The notes under the pieces: generated by a model
The model's database searches: none
The model's input: the letters and a program-made list of their open reading frames with translations, nothing else
Told to the model about the DNA's origin: nothing
From: Flavobacteriales bacterium
GTDB lineage: Bacteria > Bacteroidota > Bacteroidia > Flavobacteriales_F > PHOS-HE28
NCBI GenBank assembly: GCA_040881405.1
Contig: JBBEDG010000167.1
Span: forward strand, 1-30,537
Direction of reading: 5' to 3'
Length of the DNA stretch: 30,537 bases
Position numbers and translations under genes: made by a program
Shown here: positions 9,321-19,724 of the stretch, piece after piece
Layout of the letters: every line of letters starts with the position of its first letter
Numbering within the stretch: the first letter of the stretch is position 1

Positions 9321-11675
9321 ATGAGAACTTTTCTGACCCTGGCCCTATGGGCTTTTCTGGTTTCGTCCCAAGCCCAGTTGAACATGGCCTTTGTGGGCCG
9401 CCTTGATTACCAACCAACACGTGGAAGCGACATCAGCGATGTTTGGGGGTACGTGGATGAAACAGGCATCGAATATGCGCTTGTGGGAGTGAATGGAGGA
9501 GGCGTTTCCATTGTTAGCCTCGCCGATCCGACCAATCCTGTGGAGGTGTTCTGGTTTCCTGGGGACAATACCATTTGGCGCGATCTGAAGGTTTGGAACG
9601 ACCACGTCTACGTGACCAACGAAGGGGGCAATGGCCTCGCGATCATTGATCTTGGACCACTACCCCAAAGTACTGCATTGACCGCCCAGAACTGGTCTTC
9701 GGGGGGATGGACTTCGGCCCACAACCTGTACATTGATGAAAATGGGATCGCCTACATCTCCGGGGCCAACCGCGGAAACGGCGGTATCATATTTCTTGAC
9801 CTGAACCAAGACCCTTTCCAGCCGGTAGAGGTGGGTGAGTTCGATCAATGGTATTCCCACGATTGTATGGTGCGTGGCGATACGATGTACTCCGCCCATA
9901 TCTCCGATGGTTTCTTCTCCATCGTGGACGTGAGCAACAAGCAGGCTCCGGTGATCCTGGGAACCCAGAACACCGGGAACAACTTCACCCATAACTGTTG
10001 GGTCTCCGATGATGGACGCTACCTGTATACCACCGATGAAGTGACCGGAGGTTGGTTGGGTAGTTATGATATCAGCGACCCCACGGACATCCAGGAACTA
10101 CAGCTTTTCCGAAGTGATCCAGGGTCCAACACGATTCCGCACAATACCCACTTCATCAACGAATTCGTTGTTACGAGCTACTACCGTTTAGGCACCACGG
10201 TCCATGATGTATCTCGACCGAACAACGTGGTGGAAGTTGCCAATTACGACCATAGTCCGTTCGAGGGCAACGGATTCAATGGTGCTTGGGGTACCTACCC
10301 ATGGCTCCCCAGTGGACGCATCATCAGCACTGACATCGAACGTGGCCTCTACGTCCTGGATGTGGAGTACGTGCGCGCATGTTGGTTGGAAGGAACTGTG
10401 CGGAATTCCGTCACGGCGGTTCCTGTGCCACAGGCCACCGTGGATATCGTGAGCGTAGTTACCGCCAATGCCACCGGCTTCGATGGACGTTACGCAACGG
10501 GGCACTCCACTGCGGGTACCTACACTGTGACCGTTTCCGCTCCAGGTTATGAGGACGCAACGATCACGGGCGTGGTCCTCCAGAACGGTGTGCTCACCGA
10601 ATTGGACATCGATCTGGTGCCCTTGGTCCCTTTCGATCTGATAGGGACGGTATTGGACGGCCTAACGGGGGCGCCTCTTCCTGGAGCGTCTGTGTTGGTA
10701 TCCAATTCGGACTTCACCCTTACAGCAGAGAGCGGTGCGGATGGCACCTTCATCTTCCCCGGTTTTTTTGCAGGAGATTACGACGTTCTCGTTGGTAAAT
10801 GGGGTTGGGTTACCAACTGTGAGGATGATCGCCCATTGAGCGCTTCCGGTCCTGAGCTCGTTGTCACTCTGCAGCGCGGATACTACGATGACTTCGAGTT
10901 CGACTTCGACTGGACCGTTGCCTCCACGGCCACACTGGGTGCCTGGGAGCGTGGAGTGCCAGTAGGCACCACGTTCGATGGCCAGCAAAGCAATCCAGGT
11001 GGTGATGCTGCCGGTGATTGTGGTGAACAGGCCTTCGTGACCGGTAACGGTGGCGGCGGTGCAGGCGCGGACGATGTGGACGACGGCAATACCATCCTCA
11101 CTTCGCCTGTGTTCGATCTTACTGACGTTTGGGCGCCGGAACTGCGCTACCACCGCTGGTTCTTCAATGAAGGCGGAGCGGGAAGCCCCAACGACCGTAT
11201 GCGCATTTCCTTGGATAATGGTACAACCAGCGTTGTGCTTGAGGAGATCACAGCTTCCGGGTCAGCTTCAGGCTGGATCGCAAGGGACTACCGCATCGAG
11301 GACTTCATCGAACCCAGTAGCACCATGCGCCTCATCGTATTCATCACGGACGATAACCCGGGCCACTTGGTGGAGGGTGGTTTCGACCGTTTCGAGGTGG
11401 TTTCCACTAGCAGCGTGGGTATCGACGAACCTTCCTCGACAACCTTTAGTTTGTGGCCGAACCCTTCCGAAGGACGCATGCGTGTGTCCTTGGGTGATGA
11501 TCAGGAAGGTTCCTTGGTGATCATGGATGCCACAGGTCGTATGGTACTTGGTCCTGTGCGTGTGCAAGGAGGCAGTTTGGAACTGGATCTTCGTGTTCCG
11601 GCGGGCACATATATGGCAGAATGTACCCTCGTGTCGGGTGAGCGGATAGTCCGAAGATTGGTCATTGCCCGCTAA
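9321..11675 (+). CDS. Choice-of-anchor B family T9SS-secreted protein (LVIVD-type propeller, carboxypeptidase-regulatory-like domains, jelly-roll domain, CTD)
   Basis: Signal peptide. Motifs SDVWGYVDETGIEYALVG, WRDLKVWNDHVYV, HNLYID, HDCMVRGD, HNCWVSDDG, HNTHF and GAWGTYPWLPSG. Two LxGTV..G.P.PGA.V..G.Y..V modules. CTD LWPNPSEG..MDATGR..PAGTY. Confidence 0.85.
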   Translation: MRTFLTLALWAFLVSSQAQLNMAFVGRLDYQPTRGSDISDVWGYVDETGIEYALVGVNGGGVSIVSLADPTNPVEVFWFPGDNTIWRDLKVWNDHVYVTNEGGNGLAIIDLGPLPQSTALTAQNWSSGGWTSAHNLYIDENGIAYISGANRGNGGIIFLDLNQDPFQPVEVGEFDQWYSHDCMVRGDTMYSAHISDGFFSIVDVSNKQAPVILGTQNTGNNFTHNCWVSDDGRYLYTTDEVTGGWLGSYDISDPTDIQELQLFRSDPGSNTIPHNTHFINEFVVTSYYRLGTTVHDVSRPNNVVEVANYDHSPFEGNGFNGAWGTYPWLPSGRIISTDIERGLYVLDVEYVRACWLEGTVRNSVTAVPVPQATVDIVSVVTANATGFDGRYATGHSTAGTYTVTVSAPGYEDATITGVVLQNGVLTELDIDLVPLVPFDLIGTVLDGLTGAPLPGASVLVSNSDFTLTAESGADGTFIFPGFFAGDYDVLVGKWGWVTNCEDDRPLSASGPELVVTLQRGYYDDFEFDFDWTVASTATLGAWERGVPVGTTFDGQQSNPGGDAAGDCGEQAFVTGNGGGGAGADDVDDGNTILTSPVFDLTDVWAPELRYHRWFFNEGGAGSPNDRMRISLDNGTTSVVLEEITASGSASGWIARDYRIEDFIEPSSTMRLIVFITDDNPGHLVEGGFDRFEVVSTSSVGIDEPSSTTFSLWPNPSEGRMRVSLGDDQEGSLVIMDATGRMVLGPVRVQGGSLELDLRVPAGTYMAECTLVSGERIVRRLVIAR

Positions 11676-11934
11676 GGCATGTCCTGTTCGGAAGAATACG
11701 CTCGCTAAGGACCTGTTCAGGCCCTAAGTTGGGTGTCGTGCTTCGTTCGTCTCCAGCCCTGGTTCATTCACAGATGCGTGGATACGGTCGATCGATAGTG
11801 AAGCATATCAAGCGTCCAACTCATGGTCCCACGGGTCCTCGATACGGGCACCCCTTGGCTGTGCTCTTGGAATGGCACCGGTATTGGAACTACCGATCGA
11901 TAGATCCAGTCAGTCAACCTCCTGAACCACGCGC

Positions 11935-12909
11935 CTATTTCTTATTCTTCTTCGGCGTGGAACTGTCCGCACAGTGTTCCTGCATCAGCTTGTCAACTTC
12001 AGGAAGGGACCCCAGCAGTTGAGCCAGACCAAGATCACTACAGGCCTTGTCGCGGTCTCCGCTTTTCAAGCGTAGCATGGCCCTGGTGCGCAGCGCGTAA
12101 GGATTGTCGGGGAAATTGCGCAAACTGCGCTCGATATCAGAGAGGGCCTCGGTATCGCGCCCCATCTTCATATTGATGTAGGCCCGGTTGCTCAATGCTA
12201 CGGGTTCATCCTTGTCCATGAGCAAGGAGCGCTGCACCATGATCATGGCATCTTCGTAACGCTCCAATTGGGCCAGTTCGAAGGCCCGGTTCGTCCAATG
12301 CCCCAGGTCGTCGGGCTCCAGTTCGCATAGGCGCTCGATCACCCGGAGCGCATCCTCGTATCGGCCTTCGGTATCATACAATTGTGCAAGGGTCTTCAGG
12401 CTCTCTATATCGTCCGTTATGGAGGCCATAGCGATTTCCAGGTCCTCGATGGCGGCTGCATTGTACTTCAATTCCGCCCTGGCCATTCCTCGTACCAAGT
12501 GCGCCTTGGCGCCCAGCCTGACGTCCTTGGTATGGGCTATGGCCCTGGTGCTGTAAGATTCGGCTCCTTCCCAATCCTTGCCCTGTTGGGCGTACAAAGC
12601 CCGTTGGTAATTGGCCACGGTGTGGGTGCTATCCAGCTTCAAGGCTTGTTCCACATCCAAGAGGAAGCGATCCATTTTTCCCAATGAGTACGCTGCGCGG
12701 GCCCGGGCCGCGTAGGTTCTGGCACTGTTCTCCAGCTGCACTGCCTTATCGAACTCCTCCATGGCCTTGCTCCCCTTCCCTGCATCCAGGAGCGCTTCAC
12801 CTTCGGCCATGTGGATGGCAGCGTTCTGCGCCATACCTGCATTGCAGGCAAGAAGCAGGCACACAATGGTTGCACAGCGTAGAAGAGGAGCAGGAAGTGC
12901 GTAGGCCAT
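11935..12909 (-). CDS. Exported tetratricopeptide repeat protein
   Basis: Repeated TPR-like helix pairs (AMEEFDKAVQLE, AHLVRGMARAELK..AAIEDLE, ALSNRAYINMKMG, ACSDLGLA). Signal-peptide-like N-terminus from ATG 12909, with a -7 element directly upstream. Confidence 0.85.
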   Translation of the reverse strand: MAYALPAPLLRCATIVCLLLACNAGMAQNAAIHMAEGEALLDAGKGSKAMEEFDKAVQLENSARTYAARARAAYSLGKMDRFLLDVEQALKLDSTHTVANYQRALYAQQGKDWEGAESYSTRAIAHTKDVRLGAKAHLVRGMARAELKYNAAAIEDLEIAMASITDDIESLKTLAQLYDTEGRYEDALRVIERLCELEPDDLGHWTNRAFELAQLERYEDAMIMVQRSLLMDKDEPVALSNRAYINMKMGRDTEALSDIERSLRNFPDNPYALRTRAMLRLKSGDRDKACSDLGLAQLLGSLPEVDKLMQEHCADSSTPKKNKK

Positions 12910-12914
12910 GGACA

Positions 12915-12922
12915 CAAAGGTA
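12915..12922 (-). promoter_or_regulatory. -7 promoter element (TACCTTTG) for the TPR gene
   Basis: Exact TAnnTTTG on the minus strand in the tsaD-TPR gap, 5 nt from ATG 12909. Confidence 0.65.
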
Positions 12923-12953
12923 GGAGCCTTGCCCAGAGCACATGCCGTGCCGA

Positions 12954-13979
12954 TCAATGGCGGGGCATCGGTACCGTATCCAAGCCGGCATGTATGCCTT
13001 TCGCGTGCAGGTAATGTCCGGCCATGGCGATCATGGCGGCATTGTCCGTGCAGTAGGCGAAGGGTGGAATGTGTGCTTGCCAGCCTTCGCGATCGGCCAG
13101 TGCTTGTACCTGAGTCCGCAGTGCACTGTTGGCGCTTACACCTCCAGAGATGCCGATGCGATCAATACCATGCGTACGTGCGGCCTTGGCCAACTTGCGC
13201 AGCAGGATGTCCACGATGCTTTGTTGGAGGGAGGCGCAAAGGTGCTGCAGCTCACGCTGCACAAAGCCCGGGGAATTACGCTCACCGTTCATGACGATCG
13301 TGCGGAAGGCTGTTTTGGTGCCGCTGAAGCTCATGTCCAGTCCTGCCACCTGGGGGACAGGTAGTTTGTAGCGGCTTGGATCCACTGTGGCTGCATGCTG
13401 GTCCACCAGTGGGCCACCAGGGTAGGGAAGGCCCAGCATCTTGGCGCCTTTATCGAAGGCTTCGCCAGCGGCATCATCCAATGTGCCACCAAGCACTTCC
13501 ATGTCCAAGGGGCTGCGCACCAGTATCAGCAAGGTATGGCCGCCGCTCACGGTAAGGTTTATGAATGGGAATGTTGGAACAGTTCTCTCCCCACTAACAT
13601 CATGTATGAAATGGGCCAGCACATGAGCCTTCAAATGGTCCACCGCTACCAAGGGGATCTCCAATGCTTGCGCGAACGAGCGCGCGAAGCATGTGCCTAC
13701 CAGCAGCGCGCCCACCAATCCGGGACCTTGCGTGAAGGCCACTGCGGAAAGGTCCTCTTTGCGCACACCGGCGGCAGTAAGCGCATCGTGTACCACCGGT
13801 ACGATGTGCTCCTGGTGAGCTCTGCTTGCAAGTTCAGGTACCACCCCGCCCCATAAGCGGTGTACATCCTGGCCAGCGATGCTGTTGGAGCGCACCACAC
13901 CATCCACGAGGACGGCCGCAGCGGTCTCGTCGCAACTGCTTTCAATGCCCAGTATCACACTGGACTTCCCGGTCGGCAT
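12954..13979 (-). CDS. tsaD: tRNA N6-threonylcarbamoyladenosine synthesis protein TsaD
   Basis: Motifs ILGIESSCDETAAAV, GGVVPELASRAH, FTQGPGLVGALLVG, metal-binding HLKAH, LTVSGGHT, DDAAGEAFDKGAK, SGGVSANSALR and CTDNAAMIA. The true start is MPTGKS at 13979, not the 14531 ORF start. Confidence 0.97.
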   Translation of the reverse strand: MPTGKSSVILGIESSCDETAAAVLVDGVVRSNSIAGQDVHRLWGGVVPELASRAHQEHIVPVVHDALTAAGVRKEDLSAVAFTQGPGLVGALLVGTCFARSFAQALEIPLVAVDHLKAHVLAHFIHDVSGERTVPTFPFINLTVSGGHTLLILVRSPLDMEVLGGTLDDAAGEAFDKGAKMLGLPYPGGPLVDQHAATVDPSRYKLPVPQVAGLDMSFSGTKTAFRTIVMNGERNSPGFVQRELQHLCASLQQSIVDILLRKLAKAARTHGIDRIGISGGVSANSALRTQVQALADREGWQAHIPPFAYCTDNAAMIAMAGHYLHAKGIHAGLDTVPMPRH

Positions 13980-13991
13980 GGAGCAGGGGGC

Positions 13992-13999
13992 TACTTTTG
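13992..13999 (+). promoter_or_regulatory. -7 promoter element (TACTTTTG) for tamB
   Basis: Exact TAnnTTTG on the plus strand in the tsaD/tamB intergenic region. Confidence 0.65.
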
Positions 14000-14033
14000 A
14001 TGGATCGGGCGCGATCCTTGCTTGACAAGGTGC

Positions 14034-14041
14034 CAAAACTA
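14034..14041 (-). promoter_or_regulatory. -7 promoter element (TAGTTTTG) for tsaD
   Basis: Plus strand CAAAACTA is an exact TAnnTTTG on the minus strand, 54 nt upstream of the tsaD ATG. Confidence 0.65.
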
Positions 14042-14094
14042 AGGTCCAGCTGAAAGCTACCACGTTATACAAGTGGGTACTGCGCGGGTTCCGC

Positions 14095-17000
14095 TTGCTG
14101 GGGCGCCTCGTTCTTGTATTTCTGTTCACGGTTGCTCTTGCCTTCCTGGTCATGTTGTTCCCATCCGTGCAGCGGGGTGTGGCAAAATACCTGGCCGCAG
14201 TGGCCACTGAGCGCCTCGGGGCCGAGGTGCGCATCGGCAATGTGGCCATCAGCCTCTTCGGAAAGGTGCTCTTGGAGGATGTGTTCGTGGGCGACCTGCG
14301 CGGTGACACCTTGTTCTCGGTCGGGCATCTGCGGGTCGAAGCCCTGCGGGTACACCCGCGTGCCCAGTTGATCCGTGTAGGGGCATTGGAACTGGATGGA
14401 GGGCGCTTCGCTTTGGCCAAGGCCAAGGGCGATGCGTATAGCAATTTGACCAACCTGCTGAACAAGCTGGCGAGCGAGGACAGTGCGGGCGGTGATGCGG
14501 AATGGCGCATCCAGGTGCAGGCATTCGCCATCCACGGACTCCATTTCTCCTTTCACAACGCAGAGCAGGAAACGCAGCCTTTCGGCATTGATTTCGACCA
14601 CGTGGATGTGCGTGATGTTCATCTTGTAGGGAACCGGTTCCATGTTGCTGGTGATTCCATAAGCGCGCACCTGGGTCAATTCTCGCTGCGCGAACGGAGC
14701 GGGTTCCACGTTCAACAGTTGGCCGGTACCACCGTTGTCAGTGGGCGGGGTATAACCATCGATGATATGGTTCTTCGCACACCGAATTCCGAAGTGCACG
14801 GTGCCCTTCGCTTGATCACTGGATCCTGGGCGGACTACAATGCTTTCAACGAGCAAGTGCAAATGCGGCTGGAACTCGATAGTTCTCGCCTGGACTTTGC
14901 CGACATCGCCTACTTCGCTCCTGAACTTGAGGGTATCCACTTGCCAATCGGGCTGGAAGGCCTCGTGCGGGGCACAGTAAGCGAGCTGAAGGGGCGAGGC
15001 ATGCAGGTCCACTTCGGAGAGAACTCCTACTTCAAGGGCAGCGCCGAACTCAATGGCCTGCCCGATCTGGCCAATACCTTCATCCTGCTCGACATCGATG
15101 AGCTGCGCACCGGACATCAGGATCTGGGACGGGTCCCCATACCTCCTTTCACCAGCGGCGAACGCCTTGTACTTCCTCCGGAATTAAGGGAGTTGGGCAA
15201 CCTTCGCTTTGCCGGCAATTTCACCGGATTCACCAGCTCCTTCACGGCCTATGGCCGCGCTCGCACGGACTTGGGTGATCTACGCACGGACCTTTCCTTC
15301 AAACGAGATATACAAAGTGGCATATTCACCATCGCGGGCCGCATCGCCACCGAGTCCTTAGTACTTGGTCCTCTTCTGAACTCGCCCAGCATAGGAGCGG
15401 TGGCAGCGAACATCAGGATAGAAGGTAGCGGCCGACGACTTGCCACCATGAAGGCCGATCTGGAGGGAAGCATCCCCTTGTTCACCTTGAACAACACCAG
15501 GCTGACCGGCATCACCGCCAACGGACGCGTGGAGCCCGATATCTTCAACGGAAGTCTGAGTGCCGACAACGAGTACCTGGTGATGGACTTCAGCGGACTT
15601 GCCGACTTGCGTGGTGACTGGCCCGTGGTGGACTTCACTGCGAATGTGCAGCACATGGATCTGGCCGCCTTTGGTCTTACCCCGGTGGCTGGCTACAACA
15701 CCTTGAGTGTACTGGTAAGTGCTGAGGGTAGGCTATCTCCGGACAGCCTGCAAGGACGTGTGGATGTACAGGGCATATCCTATTGCGACGAGCGTGGTGA
15801 TCATGAATTGGGCGACCTGTTGCTCACCAGTGGTCGATCGGCCGGCGAAAATGTACTTACGCTTACTTCAAGCTTCGCCGATGCTGAAGTGATCGGTAAC
15901 TTCCTTCCTACGAAGCTTCCAGGGGCCATCACCAGCATCGTGTACAGCGTCTTCCCTGCATTGAGCCAAGAGGTCATCTATGCACAGGCCGATCAGGATT
16001 TCCGATTCACCGTCACCACCAAGGAGACCGGCCCGGTGTTGGAACTCTTTGTACCCGGCTTGGAACTGGCTCCTGGTGGAGTTGTGAATGGTTCCTTGAA
16101 CAGCCGCAGGTTCAACATCGGACTGGGTGCGAAGCTGCCGAATGTCCGCTTTGGCAAGTTCGTCGCCAATGATGTGGAGATCGCCTTGGACAAGGCTTTG
16201 GACATTTTGGCCTTCAGTGTATCCAGCACGCGGCAGACCTGGGGCGACAGTGTTTGGTTCGACGGCGCCTCCCTTACGGGCAAGGCCTATCAGGACGACC
16301 TTGAATTCGCGCTGGGCTGGGACGCCAGCAGCGGGGGTACCAAAGGCGAACTCGATCTGCTCGGTGAAGTGCGTGGACTGGGCTCCTATACCTTCGATCT
16401 ATTGCCGTCCAACCTGTTCTTCGGCCGTGGCGACTGGAGCAATAAGCACACCGCCCGCTTTCTGGTCGACAGCAGTACTGTGCGGATCGATTCGTTGGTC
16501 CTGCTGAACGAAGGGCAGCGGATCGCGCTGGATGGAACCATCACCAAGGACGCTACTCGACCCTTATCCTTCCAGCTAGGTGGCGTAGACCTGGAGAATT
16601 TGACCCCTTTCTTGAACGGCCCGGTGGTGAAGGGTCGAGTGGATGCGACCGGTGACCTTTACGACCTCTACAACGCACCGTTCGTTCTTAGCGCTGTCCA
16701 GCTGGATAGTGTGATGGTACAGGACAAGCCGGTGGGCGATATCCGATTGAACGCCCAGTGGGCCGATGGCGAACGAGCCATCGCACTGGATGGCGACCTC
16801 ATGCGTGGTGCCATCAAGGCGCTCGATTTCCGCGGTGGGCTTTCATTGGAATCCGGCAATGCGTTGGACCTATCGCTGGTCATGGACCGCTTCGATCTGC
16901 GCTTCATAGACCCTTACCTCCCCGAAGGGATCAGTGAGATACAAGGTCAGGTTACGGGGGTATTGGACGTTACCGGCACCTTGCTGGAACCCCAAGTGAA

Positions 17001-18483
17001 TGGCGAGCTTGACATGGTGGACGCGGGCCTTCGCATCGACTACCTCAACACCCTCTATCGATTCAGTCATAAGGTCCAGGTTCGGCCGGACATGTTCGCG
17101 TTGGACCTTGTCACCATCCGCGATGAGGAAGGCAACACGGCCCGCCTCATCGGCACCATTCTGCACAAGGGCCTCAAGGATTGGAACTACAACGTGTCGG
17201 GCACCTTGGACCGTTTCATGGTAATGAACACCACGATCAAGGAGAACAGCCTTTACTACGGAAAGGCCTACGGAACCGGCGACGTGGAAGTGAGCGGCTA
17301 CGCCGGACGCATGGATGTTGTGGTGGATGCACGCACTGCCCCCGGCACCGACATCCACTTTCCAGTAGGAGGAAGCACGGAGGTGTCGCCCATCGGTTTC
17401 GTGCGCTTCACCGCAGGCGATACTGCCAACGGTGAGGGTGCGGTTGTGGACCTTTCGGGCATCACCCTGGACATGAAGGTCGAAGTGACCCCGGATGCAC
17501 TGTTCGAACTCATATTCGATCCCACAGTGGGCGACATCCTCAGCGGCCGTGGTCGTGGCAACATGGAGATGACCGTTGGCCAAAGTGGAGAATTCAGTAT
17601 GCGGGGCCAGGTGGAAGTAAGTGATGGGGAGTACCTCTTCACCTTGCGGAATGTGATCAATAAGCGATTCCAGATACAACCAGGGGGACGCATAGTATGG
17701 TTCGGCGATCCATTCGATGCCAATCTGGACCTGGCCGCCATTTACCGGGTTAGAGCGCCTCTATACGATATCATGTTCGAGAAGAACGATGCATACCGCC
17801 GCAGGGTGCCCGTGGATGTGGTGATGAATTTGCGCGACAAGCTGTTGAACCCCGAGATCCAGTTCAACGTGCGGCTTCCGAGCGTGGATGAAGGCATACG
17901 TATGCAGGTGAACAGCGTGTTGAGCACCGAACAAGAGATGAACCGTCAGGTGTTCGCGCTCATCGTGCTCAACCGCTTCGTGCAGCCACCTGCGTACAAC
18001 ACGGGGCAGGGTTCACCCGGCAGTGGCGGAGCCTTGGCCGGAACCACCACCAGCGAGTTGCTAAGCAACCAGGTAAGCAACTGGCTGTCGCGGCTGAGCA
18101 ATGAATTCGACCTGGGGGTCAACTACCGTCCCGGAGACAACATAACGCAGGACGAACTGGAGCTGGCAGTGAGCACCCAACTCTTCGATGAGCGATTGTT
18201 GGTGAGCACCAATTTGGGAGTGCAGTACGGTGCGCAAAGTGCCAGCACCAGCAATACCATCGTCGGCGACTTCCAGATCGAGTACCTCATCGGCAATGAT
18301 GGTAAGCTGCGGATGAAGGCCTTCAGCGTAAGTAACGACCGTAACCTGAACCGCGCTGACCAAGCCCTTACCACGCAAGGTGCGGGAGTCGCTTACCGCG
18401 AGGAATTCGATACCTCCGAGGAACTCTGGCAGAAAGTGCTCAACATATTCCGCGCCCCGGCCAAGGATAGAAAATTCGATTGA
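14095..18483 (+). CDS. tamB: Translocation/assembly module TamB-domain protein (AsmA-like); start uncertain
   Basis: 1462 aa. N-terminal TM anchor (LVLVFLFTVALAFLVMLFPSVQ), long beta-taco-like repeats, and a C-terminal DUF490-like region (IFDPTVGD..GRGRG, VFALIVLNRF, ELLSNQVSNWLS, GDFQIEY, QGAGVAYREEFD). The frame is open from 14026, so CTG 14050 is an alternative start. Confidence 0.88.
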   Translation: MLGRLVLVFLFTVALAFLVMLFPSVQRGVAKYLAAVATERLGAEVRIGNVAISLFGKVLLEDVFVGDLRGDTLFSVGHLRVEALRVHPRAQLIRVGALELDGGRFALAKAKGDAYSNLTNLLNKLASEDSAGGDAEWRIQVQAFAIHGLHFSFHNAEQETQPFGIDFDHVDVRDVHLVGNRFHVAGDSISAHLGQFSLRERSGFHVQQLAGTTVVSGRGITIDDMVLRTPNSEVHGALRLITGSWADYNAFNEQVQMRLELDSSRLDFADIAYFAPELEGIHLPIGLEGLVRGTVSELKGRGMQVHFGENSYFKGSAELNGLPDLANTFILLDIDELRTGHQDLGRVPIPPFTSGERLVLPPELRELGNLRFAGNFTGFTSSFTAYGRARTDLGDLRTDLSFKRDIQSGIFTIAGRIATESLVLGPLLNSPSIGAVAANIRIEGSGRRLATMKADLEGSIPLFTLNNTRLTGITANGRVEPDIFNGSLSADNEYLVMDFSGLADLRGDWPVVDFTANVQHMDLAAFGLTPVAGYNTLSVLVSAEGRLSPDSLQGRVDVQGISYCDERGDHELGDLLLTSGRSAGENVLTLTSSFADAEVIGNFLPTKLPGAITSIVYSVFPALSQEVIYAQADQDFRFTVTTKETGPVLELFVPGLELAPGGVVNGSLNSRRFNIGLGAKLPNVRFGKFVANDVEIALDKALDILAFSVSSTRQTWGDSVWFDGASLTGKAYQDDLEFALGWDASSGGTKGELDLLGEVRGLGSYTFDLLPSNLFFGRGDWSNKHTARFLVDSSTVRIDSLVLLNEGQRIALDGTITKDATRPLSFQLGGVDLENLTPFLNGPVVKGRVDATGDLYDLYNAPFVLSAVQLDSVMVQDKPVGDIRLNAQWADGERAIALDGDLMRGAIKALDFRGGLSLESGNALDLSLVMDRFDLRFIDPYLPEGISEIQGQVTGVLDVTGTLLEPQVNGELDMVDAGLRIDYLNTLYRFSHKVQVRPDMFALDLVTIRDEEGNTARLIGTILHKGLKDWNYNVSGTLDRFMVMNTTIKENSLYYGKAYGTGDVEVSGYAGRMDVVVDARTAPGTDIHFPVGGSTEVSPIGFVRFTAGDTANGEGAVVDLSGITLDMKVEVTPDALFELIFDPTVGDILSGRGRGNMEMTVGQSGEFSMRGQVEVSDGEYLFTLRNVINKRFQIQPGGRIVWFGDPFDANLDLAAIYRVRAPLYDIMFEKNDAYRRRVPVDVVMNLRDKLLNPEIQFNVRLPSVDEGIRMQVNSVLSTEQEMNRQVFALIVLNRFVQPPAYNTGQGSPGSGGALAGTTTSELLSNQVSNWLSRLSNEFDLGVNYRPGDNITQDELELAVSTQLFDERLLVSTNLGVQYGAQSASTSNTIVGDFQIEYLIGNDGKLRMKAFSVSNDRNLNRADQALTTQGAGVAYREEFDTSEELWQKVLNIFRAPAKDRKFD

Positions 18484-18487
18484 ACGC

Positions 18488-19705
18488 TCAGGCGTCCCCC
18501 AGCTTCAAGCTGTGGCCCATCTTCTCCTTCTTGGTGCTGAGGTACTTCGCGTTGTGCGGGTTCGAGGCGATCTCGATCGGGATGTTCTCCACGATCTCCA
18601 AACCATATCCGATCAGCCCTGTGCGCTTGCGTGGGTTGTTCGTCATGAGGCGCATTTTTCGCACGCCCAGGTCGTGCAGGATCTGAGCCCCGACTCCGTA
18701 GTCGCGGTTGTCCATTTCGAAACCCAGCATGAGGTTGGCCTCCACGGTATCGGCGCCCTGTTCTTGGAGCTTGTAAGCCTTCAGCTTATTGAGCAGGCCG
18801 ATGCCTCGTCCTTCCTGTTGCATGTATACGATCACGCCCCGACCTTCCTTCTCTATCATTTCCATGGAACGCTGCAACTGTGGTCCGCAATCACAGCGAC
18901 AGCTTCCGAAGATGTCGCCGGTCACACAGGACGAGTGCACGCGAACAAGCACCGGTTCCTTCGGGTCCCATGCGCCTTTCACCAAGGCCAGGTGCTCTTC
19001 GCCGGTGGTCGTCTGTCGGTAAGCATGAAGCTGGAAGTCGCCGTGAACCGTGGGTAACTGTACATCCACCTGAGGTTCAACAAGTCGCTCGGTGCGCATC
19101 CGGTAGGCCACAAGGTCCTCTATGCTGATGAGCTTCAGCCCGAAGCGCATGGCGATCTCGCGCAACTGGGGCAATCGCGCCATGGTGCCATCCTCGTTCA
19201 GGATCTCCACGATGCATCCCGCAGGCTCGAAACCGGCAAGGCGCGAGAGGTCCACGGCCGCTTCGGTGTGTCCGGTGCGCCGCAACACTCCACCCTGTTT
19301 GGCCTTCAATGGAAAAATATGTCCCGGACGTAGCAGATCGCTCGGCGTGCAGGCGGGGTCTATCAAAGCCAGCATGGTCTGGCTGCGGTCGCTTGCGCTG
19401 ATGCCCGTGGTGGTGCCACGGCCGCGCACATCCACACTCACCGTGAAGGGCGTTTCGTGCAGGGCGGTGTTGTCCCGCACCATCAGTTCCAAGCCCAGTT
19501 GCGCGCATCGCTCTTCGGTGATGGGAGCACAGATCAATCCGCGGCCATGGGTGGCCATGAAGTTGATGACCTCCGGCGTGGCATTGCGCGCAGCGGTCAC
19601 GAAGTCGCCTTCGTTCTCGCGGTCCTCATCGTCCACCACGATCACCACTTTACCGGCCTTGATGTCGGCAATGGCTTCCTCAATGGTGTTGAAACTGGTG
19701 TTCAT
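18488..19705 (-). CDS. ribBA: Bifunctional 3,4-dihydroxy-2-butanone-4-phosphate synthase / GTP cyclohydrolase II
   Basis: DHBP synthase motifs [36 protein letters not shown] and [14 protein letters not shown] cyclohydrolase II motifs [29 protein letters not shown] and LMTNNPRK. Start MNTSF at 19705. Confidence 0.97.
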   Translation of the reverse strand: MNTSFNTIEEAIADIKAGKVVIVVDDEDRENEGDFVTAARNATPEVINFMATHGRGLICAPITEERCAQLGLELMVRDNTALHETPFTVSVDVRGRGTTTGISASDRSQTMLALIDPACTPSDLLRPGHIFPLKAKQGGVLRRTGHTEAAVDLSRLAGFEPAGCIVEILNEDGTMARLPQLREIAMRFGLKLISIEDLVAYRMRTERLVEPQVDVQLPTVHGDFQLHAYRQTTTGEEHLALVKGAWDPKEPVLVRVHSSCVTGDIFGSCRCDCGPQLQRSMEMIEKEGRGVIVYMQQEGRGIGLLNKLKAYKLQEQGADTVEANLMLGFEMDNRDYGVGAQILHDLGVRKMRLMTNNPRKRTGLIGYGLEIVENIPIEIASNPHNAKYLSTKKEKMGHSLKLGDA

Positions 19706-19724
19706 TCGATCTGGAAATGGAGCG

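Noticed and set aside
11729-12022. 97-aa plus-strand ORF in the convergent spacer
   Set aside because: TTG start, no promoter element seen, runs antisense into the TPR gene, and has no motif.
13980-14531. Apparent 184-aa N-terminal extension of TsaD in the ORF track
   Set aside because: Overlaps tamB on the other strand and is non-homologous. A -7 promoter at 14034-14041 places the start at 13979.
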